A DNA stretch of 62,908 bases from Haliotis rubra (lineage: Eukaryota): contig NW_025767689.1 in the NCBI RefSeq assembly GCF_003918875.1, forward strand, positions 310,001 to 372,908, in the 5' to 3' direction. The notes beneath the pieces were generated by a model, which was not told the DNA's origin, made no database searches, and was given only the letters and a program-made list of their open reading frames with translations. Position numbers and translations under genes: made by a program. Positions 11,180 to 22,693 of this stretch are shown here, in pieces (position 1 is the stretch's first letter; every line of letters starts with the position of its first letter).

Positions 11180-13270
11180 ATAAAAGTTTTACAAAACAAA
11201 AAATACACTTTTTGGTCTTGTTCGACCACCCCTGCAGGTACCAGTAAATGGAGGTCTCCAAGAGAAATTCAACGAGTGCAGATATGTCAAACGTAATACC
11301 AATGCGGGAAACCAAACCACCACCAAGAACACAAGTCCAGGGGGAGGAAAGTATTAATACACATCACCAGTATACTGAAGCATTTAAAAGTATTCTCAAA
11401 AGCTCAATCAGCTAGAGAGTTAACGACTCTGCCCAGTGTTGAGAACTGACTCGCATGCTCGCAGGAGTGTCTGTCAAGTTGGTAATGACGGATGAACGTG
11501 CACAGCTGGCTCCAAATAGTCACAGAGCAGATCTCCTTAATGGACAGGGCCACAGCATATGCCTTGGAGGTGGCTAGCCCAATGATCTTTCAAACCCTTT
11601 TTCAAGCCTTCAGATTCTTAGGACGGTAAGAATCTGGCAGCTGAATGCTGACTCTGTCCTTATGAAAAACAGTTAGCTCATTGCCTGAATGTTACCTACC
11701 CATCTACCAGACATTACCACAAAAAGAAATGCCAACTTCCACATCAACAACTGGAGGATAAGAGGCAACAGATTGTGAAACAGAGGACCTGACAGCCAAT
11801 CAGGAATGACTGAGAAGTCCCATGTGGGACTAATCCGGCGGACAGCCAGACGGATCCTATCCACGCCTGCTAGAAAGCGCTGTACAAGAGGGTGCTGCCC
11901 CAAAAGGACAACATCGAGATTTATATGAAACACTAAGATAGCCATGGAGTAACCTTGAACAGTAGAAGCGGTGAGATCAGCTTCTTATCTGACTGAAGGA
12001 CCTCCAAAACTACGACTAAATCCCCAGAAAAGGGATGAAGAATCCCCCTGTCGAGACACCAGCACGCATATCCCATCTATTCTCATACTGAAGTTTGTTG
12101 AATACCTCAATGAAGCCGAAATTTTGACATGTCTCCATCCTAAAAGACAACACCTTTATCATGTTATTCAGTCCTTCAGATTTAAAATGGGTCTGAACCC
12201 TCTGCCCTTTTTGGTCACTAGGAGTAAGTGGAATGAAATCCCTTGTTTTCCTGACCGTTTGGAACCACCTTGATGGCTCCCTTGTCCAGCAATGACTGCG
12301 CCTCGGCACTGAAAATGTCTGCCTTTTCTTGAGAGGCTGGCACTGGTGTGCGGCACACTCCGAAAATGGACGTTGGACTCGCCTCCATGTGGCCATCCCT
12401 GAGTGAGGAAAGGATACACAATTTTGAGGTGGCTTTCTCCCATTCCCAAAGGAATATGGACAGACAGCCGCCGACAGGGACATCTGGCAAGAAGCAGTGA
12501 ACACACACTGCTCCTGCTTGAGCTGGAGTCACCAAGGGTCCTTGGTGCCTTTCTTAGTCTGTAATGGAGCAGTCCATTTAGCCGACGCCAAAGGATAAGA
12601 AGCAGCAAGAACCAAGGGCTGCTGGCGAGATGTGGTGGGTCTTAGAGTCCTAAAGGTGCTAACTGCCTCTAATTCTACCTTCTAAGCCCCAGGGAGGAGG
12701 GTAGAACCCAAATTCTAGGGCAAGACAGCCACAACTAATGCAGGCCCTCAACGGCGCACATCAACTGGATGGGACAGCTAGGAATGCTGTCCAGAGCCAA
12801 GTGTGAATGCACATCTGTCAGCTGCCACGCGAGCGTAGGTGATGATTCGTCATCACCGCTCTGACGTTGGTCCACCAGCTCTCCCTGCAAGGCAGAGAGA
12901 TACGCTAAGAGGACCACCACCTTTAGCTGCTGTACCGCTTTATGGTACTGCTCCTCAATTCCTTTATTCAAAATATTGTCGTAAGAAATTTAAAAAGGGC
13001 ATTTAAATGCTAAAAGGTACCCCAAGAAGGACCTCTTCTGAAAAAGAATACCTCACCTGTTGTTTAGTCATAGTCTTGAGTGCTTCATCGAATATGGGCC
13101 TGGTCATTGTACTATTCTGGTACTCATCTTCCAACATGGATTTTGCTTGGTCAAGATGATCCATGCTATCCGAGAAGAAGTAGAGGGTCATATAATTCAC
13201 TGGCTGTTCTTTTGGCAGTGCAAAATGTTTAGTCTTCTCAGGAGATCCTCCCCAAACATACTCTGTAAAT
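11180..13270 (-). mobile_element. DIRS1-like tyrosine-recombinase retrotransposon remnant
   Basis: RT fragments are QSLLDKGAIKVV and LVTKKGRGFRPILNLK. YR fragments are HPLVQRFLAGVDRIR..PTWDFSVI..WKLAFLFVVMSGRWVGNIQAMS. The element is heavily deleted and frameshifted, and its boundaries are approximate. Confidence 0.78.
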
Positions 13271-13349
13271 CAAAAGTGAAATACCAACATTGCCAGCTTC
13301 AACAATTTAATCATACATTCATGATAAGACAATCATGCATTTATGATCA

Positions 13350-13515
13350 GAGTGAGTACATGAGTTGGGCTCTACACCGCTTTTAGCAATATTCTGGCAA
13401 TATCACGGCAGGGGATACAAGACATGGGCTTCACACATTTACCCATGTGGGGAATTTAACCTGTGTCTTTGACATGAAGAACTAAAGCTTGAGCCACTTG
13501 GCTACCCAATCACCT
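13350..13515 (-). mobile_element. Old, diverged copy of the 3555-3727 SINE family
   Basis: Aligns to the young copies through cgcttttagcaatattc...tgggcttcacacatt..cccatgtgggga...ggctaccc. Confidence 0.8.
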
Positions 13516-13523
13516 CGATTAGA

Positions 13524-13692
13524 CTGACTGACTGACTGAGTTTAGTTTTACGCCGCTTTTAGCAATATTCCAGCAATATCACGGCGGGGAACACCAGAAA
13601 TGGGCTTAACACATTGTGCCCATGTGGGGAATCGAACCCGGGTCTTCGGCGTGACGAGCCAACGCTTGAACCACTAGGCTACCCCACCGCCC
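13524..13692 (-). mobile_element. Young tRNA-derived SINE, same family as 3555-3727
   Basis: Near-identical to 3555-3727, with a (TCAG)n tail. A 13-bp TSD cacctcgattaga lies at 13511-13523 and 13693-13705. Confidence 0.9.
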
Positions 13693-15013
13693 CACCTCGA
13701 TTAGAAGAACATAACCTCACACAACAGCCATACCATGATCACCCTAGGAACTTGCAAGGTTTCATTAAGTAATCTCTAGCCCAATTAAAAGACTCTATTC
13801 TTAAAGAGTCTAAGTCAGTCCTGTATGTTTCAATGGAAATGAGAAAATGGAAATCCTGAATAGTAAAAGGTTTGTACATGTTTGTTTTAGAATCCAATAC
13901 TCAACAATATTCCTGACATATGATAATGACTGAGTGTATAATCCTGTCACTGATATTATTAACAATGTCCAACATACAACATCAAACCATGTTGACATGC
14001 AATCAACAAAGTGACAGGTCCTAACAAACCAATCAGTTTAGTCTTACAACCAGGGTGCCATTGTACAAAGTGATGTTAGAGCTAAGACTGCTCTGTACAC
14101 AGCATACCAATATCACCGATGACTGTACACCTGGAATATGCAGATGAGCCACAACAAAAGAGAGGGTTCACAAGCAAGTTCACACAGTCAGAAGCGAGTG
14201 TGTCCAACTTCTGTACTGATCCACATCTGGCACCTTTCACCTCATTGGGCTACTAAACATTGATGAAAACCTTGGGGGAGATCATTACATATACAAGAAA
14301 GGATTTAGCAGAGTCCCTGCCTCATTGTTGGAGGGTTCCGATGACGCCATAAATGTTGTTCCACTCTATGCCAGACATCCTGCTGTCAGCTCTGTGAAGA
14401 CAGTAACGTGCCTCATCAGTAAAGAGGACTCCACTCCACTCATGTGCTCCCCACTGGAAGTCCTGACCACTAGACTGGAAATTGGCCATTGAGCTGGGCA
14501 TCCTCCAACGATGCCATAGATATCAACAAATTGTTCCTGCAAACACATCTCTGTAGCCAGGTATAATTGCTAGGTGGAACCTGTGTCTGAGTTGTGTGGT
14601 TTGAATCCATCAGTCTTGACATGGGGCTGTAACTGGTGGGCGGTCATTATTGGGACTGTCTATATGGCTTGATTGGTTTGCTGAAAATGTTGCTATGAGT
14701 GCCAAATGGTGGATGTTGAATCGATGAAATAGGTTGTGTTGCTATGTACCAGACTAAAGTATACGCATAGTTCTCATCTGTGATTTACGCCCCGGAGGCA
14801 TGCAATGTTGAACTTGTTCCAGAATAATGGATGTTTTTCTTACTTTTGCACTTGCTAAATGGAAATGATAAGTGTCTGGTTTTGCCTGGCCTGTTAAATT
14901 GGAAATTTTAACTATAAATTGTATATTTATCTCAAAATATCTCAAGATTGTTAACTATTATGTCAGAAAGGAAAAAATTCACATTTCAGAGTTGTGGCCC
15001 TTTTTTTTGCTAA

Positions 15014-15347
15014 GGCCAGACCAATTTTATTTCTTGTTTAACGGATCTGTCGGTCGTATTTTTTCAAGAATAAAAAAACCCAAAAAAACAAATTTCCCCG
15101 CTCAAAAAATAAAATCCTAATGTTTTTATCGGTCAAAAATGTAAACTTACAAGAATTTTTTTTTATTTTATTGTTTTTTGCCCCATATATACTTCACAAA
15201 TTACCAAAAGTAAAATACTTTTAATATTTAGAAGGAATATTACTTTGACTGGTGATCTTATTTTATTTTTCTTCCCCTCAATGCTTCTGCCTTTAGGTTA
15301 TCTGAGGACAAAATCAGCCCAAAACAAGAAATACAATTGGTCTGGCC
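15014..15347. mobile_element. PIF/Harbinger-type MITE
   Basis: The ~26-bp TIRs are ggccagaccaattttatttcttgttt and aaacaagaaatacaattggtctggcc. A TAA TSD is present on both sides. Confidence 0.85.
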
Positions 15348-16058
15348 TAAAACAGAATGTTTATATGTTTTACCATTAGATGACACAAAGACCTATAGGT
15401 ATAATGATAAGGCTTAGATATGTCCAAAAGCCCTTGAAGTGTGTTGTTCAATGTCTTTTTCACCACAAACCACCAAATATAACTTAATAAAATCATATTT
15501 TCACATTTTGACCGAAACTGAAAATTTGCAATTTTTTGGCAGTTTTAGAAGTCAATGAAAACTCAATAAATGGCCCAACAATTGCAATAATTTGATTTTT
15601 TACACCCCAAAATAAAGCAAGTGTAATTTCATAATTTTTTCTAAGATGCCTAGCGGTTAGAACAATCGAAAAAAAAAACCAAAACATTATCAGACAATAA
15701 AGGTATAGTTTTTTGATGACGTAACAATTGAATGACGTTATCCCGCTGCCCCCTCGTAGTCACGTGTGTCCATGGTAACATTTGATCCATCTGGTCCCGG
15801 TTGTATCAAACTTTAATAAAGCTTTAATCGTTAATTAAACTATGATTAGTTAATCACTGATTATCTTCAGTTGCATGAAGTCCTTTATAAAGGAATCCCT
15901 TCATTAATCCATCATTAAGCTAATGATGGTTTGGGGGTATCATTAACTCATCATTAGCTGTATCAACATGGCAGACGACATAATGTACCATCAACTTCGA
16001 CGTCGGAGAAAAGAAAAACATTTTCGTGAACGGATTAATTAAACCCCACCGGGTGCCA

Positions 16059-17099
16059 CAGGGACATATATGTCCTTCCTCTTTAACCCTCACTTTGAAG
16101 TTCAATAAAATTCTAAATATATCACATATATATATATACAAATATACTTCACAGTTTTGAATTCTGCGGGAAATTCACTGTTTCTTGATACCATCCACTA
16201 TTAAATCAGACAAAACTAAAGTGCTTAAAATAACCTTTCAAAATGGACTTCGTCATGTTGCCATTTTTGACACAATATGTAATCGCGATTCACAGAGTTA
16301 TTTGCTGTAAGTTTTGAAATGTGAAAATTTGACAATTACTGGGAATATAGAATTTCAAAAATAGCATAGTAATGATCACTGATATCAGTTTTTCATAAAA
16401 TCACTAATGATAATTCTGAAACGTTGCCGATGAACCAAGAATCGGTTGGGATGTTTTCGAAAATACACTTACACAAACGCCGAAGTGCGTTTTCCGCCAT
16501 ATTGGATACCGTTTACAAAATCACGTTTCGCGAAGGCCGGTATTGAAACACCAATTACATCACGTATATTTCATATTCAGCTGCGAGAAATACACCAGTG
16601 AATTCCCTATACATTTTGGAATCAAATGGTCTTTGTCACCAATTCCAACTGTCTAGATGAAATGAATGGAAAGATATTGGGGTGAAAACGAACATTGTAC
16701 TCGAAAGATTGCACTTGTTTGAAATGTAAACAAAGAAAACATCCGATTTTACACTGCGTAGCATTTTCTGGAATTGTCCGACATCCAGCCGTCCATTTTA
16801 GGCTTGCAATGGCTCAATATCTTTAGAATATGCATGGAAAGAGTATCGTGCCAAGAAACAGGAAATTAAAAACAGATACAATGCAATGATTTGATAATTC
16901 ATAAGAATTTATCAAGGTTTCCATGCAGCGTGACGCCATGACTGATGCAAAATAACACAGAACGACAACGGTAATTATCAGCATTTCTGGCTTCTTCTCT
17001 TATTTATCCAATGAAAACTATAAAAACATATAACAATACACAGAGAGTCAGAATAATTCTGATAACTTACATCACATATTTATGTACAAATGATCCCTG
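16059..17099. mobile_element. Possible TIR element nested in the Harbinger
   Basis: The imperfect TIRs are cagggacatatatgtcc and gtacaaatgatccctg. No matching TSD is visible. Confidence 0.35.
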
Positions 17100-17460
17100 A
17101 ATCAAGGGAAGAGTCCTCGCCAAATCCTGTGTACCCTTGTCAGCGAAGTCGCCATTTTGTAAGAAATCGGTCAGCAATAGTGATGTCATACGTCAACCTT
17201 GTTGCACATATTAGGCAATTTCTTTGAGGTGAAGGTCGGCTGAACAAGAGTAAACACAATCGCCCTATCCTTCCGATTACACTGTCAGTATTATGATGTG
17301 TATTTTGCGTATAGTTCAGATACTTTTTCATGAAACTAACTTCAGTATCTACATTTAGTTTTGTTTAATATCATATCATACGTGGATATAGGGTATACAT
17401 TCTATATTTTTTTAACGTTTTTGATTGTTTGAATAATATTTACATAAGAAATTGACACAT

Positions 17461-17726
17461 TTAGTGTAGTAGACCATATTCTGTCTGAAAACACTTTATA
17501 TTTGCATTTTGAAACATGTTGTTCCATTTTGTATTGATTTCTTTGGACGTTCTATTGCTTACCCCAATGCTATTGAGCTCAGACGTTATTTTGTCCCATA
17601 TGTGGTTCTTTTTGTCATTAGTAATGGAGTTAGTCAGTTTGCTGTTTAACACACTGACATGATCTTCAACTAGACCTGTATTTCACAACTTTCAAAGTTT
17701 TTACTGCGATTTCTGACGGCAGTCAT
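17461..17726 (-). pseudogene. Myb/SANT-like DNA-binding (MSANTD-type) accessory gene fragment of the Harbinger element
   Basis: Translates to MTAVRNRSKNFESCEIQV...VLNSKLTNSITNDKKNHIWDKITSELNSIGVSNRTSKEINTKWNNM across a frameshift, matching the Myb_DNA-bind_5 pattern (R..NF...E, W..I...LN, R...E...KW.N). Confidence 0.78.
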
Positions 17727-18159
17727 TATGCAGACTATAGATGAGTGTTTACCTGCAATGCATCATGGATAATAATTAGGATTCCCCCTAAGTTAATCAT
17801 GGTTTAATGACGGGACCTTTGTTAGAGGCATACTTAGTTAATGGGTGTTTAAATAAGGGTTTATACAACCGTATTTAAACACTTCATTAACTAATCAAAC
17901 ATTAAGAATTTAATCAATGATTAGTGTTTAATTGATGATTACATAATTACGCGTTGATACAACTGGGTCCTGTTCTGTAAATCAACATGGCGCATCCATA
18001 TCACCTATCTCTTGGCGATGATGTTTCTTTCAACGGAGAACTATGTCGAGTTGTTCAAATTCAAATTCAAATTCTTTTATTCTGTATAAAGGCCATAGGC
18101 CCAAGTACAAAAAACTCACAAAATAATAATGCAAGTGACAAAATGGTTAGATACACATT

Positions 18160-21100
18160 TTAAGCACTTCTTAACCTTAAAGCTTCTTTTACAAATTTTG
18201 CTAAGTTAATTAGGATATTCACTTTGTCACAACTTAATAACATGTTAAACTTATAAATAGAGGGATATTTCCAGACATTTTCAGGAATATACTTTTGTCT
18301 TAAAATGGAATAAACTTTACATATTAACAGAAAATGGTATTCATCTTCTATACATCCATTCATACATAAATTACAAAATCGTTCATTGCGACCAATACCA
18401 CAACGCGTCTACCAACATTTATCATTAAAGGCAATTCCCAGATCTTAGCAAAATAAAAGCCTTCTATATTCGCGATTCTTTAGAGTGGATAAATAATATT
18501 CAACTGTCACTAGAGATTTATATTCTTGATAGAAACATAACTTATTTGATTCACAAACTTTAGAGAACCAATCTTGTTGGTGGCAATCTTTAACCCTTTG
18601 CACAAACTTACTAAGAAATAAAGAGCAATTACCAACTTCCTGAGAGATCCAAACAAATCCAAAACCATAAGAGAACAGTAATATTTTAACCTTTGAAGCC
18701 CATGTAACACGATTGCAGTCGTCTGTAAGGATTTACACAGAAGATAGCATTGCTTAGGATATCTATGATTAGGCATTGATAGCAACTTTAACCAATACTG
18801 AATACATCTTTTATGACAATCGACAACATGGCCATATCTACCCCATTCACCAAGTGCAGCAACATTAGAGACATAACTACCTACACCAATAACATATTTA
18901 CAAAACTTAACATGAAAACGCTCGATGCATTCACACTTTGAATGACCCCACACTTCACTAGAATAGAGAGTAAAGATTGGCTTAATCTAGGCATCAAATA
19001 TCTTGAATAAAACTAAAGAAGAAATATTCTGAAACTTACGCTCTAATTGTTTAACGGATACTAGGGCTTTTGATGCTTTTGAACAAGAACTTCAATACCT
19101 TTTGACCAACATAACCTGTTAGAAAACGTTAACCCAAGATAATTATAATAGGTCGATGTCTTAATAGTTTTATTGCCAAACATCCATTTTCAGAAAACCG
19201 TAACTTGCCACCATTTCTTTAAAAACTAAAATTTCAGTCTTATCTAAATTGACATCCAAACCCATTTGATACTAAACTGCTCCAATACATCTATTTTTCT
19301 CTTTAGACCAATCACACTATCATCAAACAAACACAGATCATCAGCATAAAATAAAGATAAAATATCACAAACTGCTTGACCAACAAATGTACCTCGGACA
19401 TTCGATTCCTGTAACATAGTTTCCAACTCAACAACAAAGAGAGAACAACAAAGGACTTAAAATACATAATTCCTGTTTTACGCCACTTAAAGTATCAAAA
19501 TAATGAGAAATGGAACTATTTGATAGTTTAACAGCAGATTTAACTTTGGAGTACATGTCCAATAATACTGTAAATATTCTACCATGAATACCTTTATTTA
19601 AAACTGAGAACCACAATAATTTACGATTAATGGAATCAAATGCCTTTCTGAAATCAACGAATAAACAATAAAACGACCATTAGTTTTCAGAGATATACTT
19701 TTGGACCAGACACTGTAAACTGAAAATATTATCAACAGTGCTATATCCAGCACGGAACCCAGCCTGAGACTCAGGAATCTTGTCATACTGATGACAAAAA
19801 CTTGTCAACCTCTTGTTTAATATAAACGTAAATAATTTCCCCATGACATCACTAAGCGTTATCCTCTATAATTATTAACCTCTGTCTTCTTGCCTTTCTT
19901 GTGAAGCGGTATAACCAGTCCTTTAGCCCATTCTATGGGGAAATTACCACTGTTCAAAATATTATTAAACAATGCATGAAAAAATGGCAATAGTTCAGTT
20001 TACAACATTTTATCATTTCTGGAGTTACTGCATCAGGACCAGGAGCTACCGTCCTTCAGATTGTCACCAATGGCATCAACAATTTCATTATGCTTGATTT
20101 CACAGTTCAGAGTATTATTAATGGTATCACTATTGCAGGCACAGCAATTATGTTCATCGTGATTTTCAAGAAATGTACTGGCTTCTCTGACATGGTCTTG
20201 ATCCGTATTCTCATCACTTATATTCATAATTTTTCAGTAATCGACCCACTGTGTTGCCGATATAGAGTTGATATCAGTTGATTTATCCGTTGTTAGGCGT
20301 TTAACTTGGCTCCAAAACGACTTTGAGTTCTTAGAATTAGACGATAATAGGTTCACCATATTTTCCTCATAATTTTCCTTTTTGGTGCGACATAGCTGAT
20401 ATGAGTTTCGTAGACGTCAAAATTCTGACCAGAAATGTAGCTCCCCAGTTGATCTAAAACAATCTAAGTTAGTATATTTCAGCTGCTTCAGGTTTCTACA
20501 TTCTTCGTCATACCAGCTGGCGTTGTAGGGCTTGTTTGGTGAAAAGTTTCCAAAGCATCGCATGTTACATCTATCTGCGCACGATGTTATACATGCTGTT
20601 AACTTATGTGCCGCGTCATTCACATCCTCAATGACGTCATTTGTAAAGTTCTCGAGTCCACATATGATGCCAGGGCAGTATTTTAAGTGTTCAACAAAGA
20701 ATGGTTTCCTGTTCTTCTTTCCACCTATATCTTAACAAGCGTTGCACACTTCTGTCACTGTCCCGTCACATCTGTGGGGAGTAGGTGGTATACACAAGGT
20801 AAGTACGATGGGTAGGTGGTCAGATTCACAACGAGTTTCTACAATGAAGTCATGATCCATGTCAAATATAGCAGTTGAACATAAGCAATATTCCACCATA
20901 CTGGAGCCATTGTGAGAAAAACAAGTCATGTCACCCCGAGGGTCAGATCTACTTCGCCCATTTATCATGTGTATGTTGTGAGCGCAACACAAATCTATCA
21001 GATCTCGTCCATATGAATTTATAATATTGTCGACATTATTCCTGGGATGGTGAAAATTGTCAGCATTATATTCCATATCTTCCAAACTAGGTATATGTTG

Positions 21101-21599
21101 GTTGTCATCGTGAATGATGAAATCTCTAAGGTCTCCCGTCCTTGAATTAAAATCCCCCATCAAAATGAAACGAATATCTGAAACGTCTATATCTGATATA
21201 CATGACAACAAACATTGCTCTAAATAGTCAATTCCTTTTAGTGGTCTTGGATCACTTTTGATTGAGGAGTTAACCGGGTTGATATAAACAACGTGATGCG
21301 ATGTTCCATATAAAGATTTATAAAATAATACAAAGATGCAATCAATGAAACTATTCCAAACCTTCTTTATATGTTCACTTGCGGTTTGCTTGACACATAT
21401 AGCTACACCACCTGTTGTTGAATGTCCTTTGATTGATATATACAACATGATTTCTATATGTTGATGTGATATTTTTAAGAGTGACATTATTCCAAATTTC
21501 CACAAATCCAATTACATCAAAGTTTAAACAATAGCTGAGAAAATCACCATCTTGCAGTTTATGCACAAGTCCATGCACATTCCAAGATGTAAATCTCAT
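18160..21599 (-). pseudogene. LINE ORF2 (AP endonuclease plus reverse transcriptase), multiple frameshifts
   Basis: Collinear ORF fragments from 21375-21599 down to 18160-18363 carry APE and RT motifs. Confidence 0.88.
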
Positions 21600-21650
21600 A
21601 CACGAACCAGAGTTGTCGTCAGCTGGTGACTGTTGGGCCGGGCCACCCTG

Positions 21651-22330
21651 CTAGGCGTGCGTGTTGTCGATTTCAAGTGCATGCGTTTCACTCTCAATGC
21701 CTGCCTTTCTCCCCCGTTTTACCGTGATGACAACATCTGACGTCACATCGTAAGTGTAAACATTGTCCTCAATATATAATTTATCAAAACGCAATTGTGC
21801 CTTACGATCATTTTCCCTGGCCTTGATCATAAACGGAATCAGTTTCTTACGTTTTTGACGGACAAGTTGTGAGAAATCTCCAGTAATAAACACATCTCTG
21901 TTTGACTCTTTCAACACTTTAGATGCTTTCAGTATAGAGTGTTTATCCTTATCGTCGCCGACTTTGACTATAATAGCCTTTCCTTTCATGATGCGGTATG
22001 TGCTCTGTGGCATGTTAATGTCAGTAAGTTTAAGATCATCAGGTAAGATTGTATTCACAATATTTTCACAATCTGTCCACGATTCACCGGGTTTGGATTT
22101 TGAACACCATGAAATATTAGGTTATGGATCTTCTGCTCTGGTTCTCAAGAATAATCTATTCTTTCATCCATCGATTTGGATTATCCCTTTAAGTTCCGTG
22201 TTTTTCTTCCTCCAACGCAAAACAACGTTGATTTGTTTCATTAACTTGATCAGACACGTTTTTCAAGGTATCTTCAATGACAGTTAATTTATCCACAACG
22301 CCATCATTGGAGCGTTGAACTGTGCCTGAA
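21651..22330 (-). pseudogene. LINE ORF1 (coiled-coil plus RRM-like), frameshifted
   Basis: Comprises ORF 21651-22058 and its upstream frames. The mirror copy at 50516-50842 reads MDERIDYLENQSRRSNLIFHGVQKSKPGESWTDCE...IQRAHR. Confidence 0.8.
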
Positions 22331-22485
22331 TTTTGCGAGATATCAAACGGACTTCGTCAATCAACGACGGTTGTAACACTTTATCACTTGCAATGTTGTT
22401 GTTAATTTCGCTTGCATTTATCTTTTGCTCCGGTTGATGAGGATCTTGTGGCAACGCCGTCAGTTCTTGGTGTCTGGCCCGGGAT

Positions 22486-22693
22486 TGTTTAAATAAGGGT
22501 TTATACCACACCGTATTTAAACACTTCAGCTAATCAAACATTGGAACTTAATCAATGATTAGTGTTTAATTGATGATTACATAATTACGCGTTGATACAA
22601 CTGGGTCCTGTTCTGTAAATCAACATGGCGCATCCATATCACCTATCTCTTGGCGATGATGTTTCTTTCAACGGAGAACTATGTCGAGTTGTT
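22486..22693 (+). repeat. ~208-bp direct duplication of 17846-18055 flanking the LINE
   Basis: The stretch tgtttaaataagggtttata...gttgatacaactgggtcctgttctgtaaatcaacatggcgcatcc...gagttgtt occurs on both sides of the LINE. Confidence 0.9.

Larger units (their letters stand above)
15794..17968. mobile_element. Internally deleted PIF/Harbinger DNA transposon with remnants of convergent transposase and Myb/SANT genes
   Basis: The TIRs are gtcccggttgtatcaa and ttgatacaactgggtc, with a ctg 3-bp TSD. A plus-strand MADDIMYHQLRRRRKEKHFRERIN from ~15968 resembles a Harbinger transposase N-terminus. A minus-strand Myb/SANT-like fragment is also present. Confidence 0.8.
18054..22485 (-). mobile_element. 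Near full-length non-LTR retrotransposon (LINE; RTEX/CR1-L2-like), frameshifted
   Basis: ORF1 shows LENQSRRSNLIFHGV..LRFDKLYIE. The ORF2 APE domain shows RFTSWNVHGL, GDFNSRTG and SDHLPI, the RT shows GVKQ..LSPLLF and LFYADD, and the C-terminus reads CIEDEYHFLLIC. AATAAA is followed by a (GAATTT)n tail at 18054-18074. Confidence 0.9.

Noticed and set aside
13810-14750. CpG-depleted, coding-like stretch
   Set aside because: It is probably an old retroelement fragment, but I could not identify a diagnostic motif.
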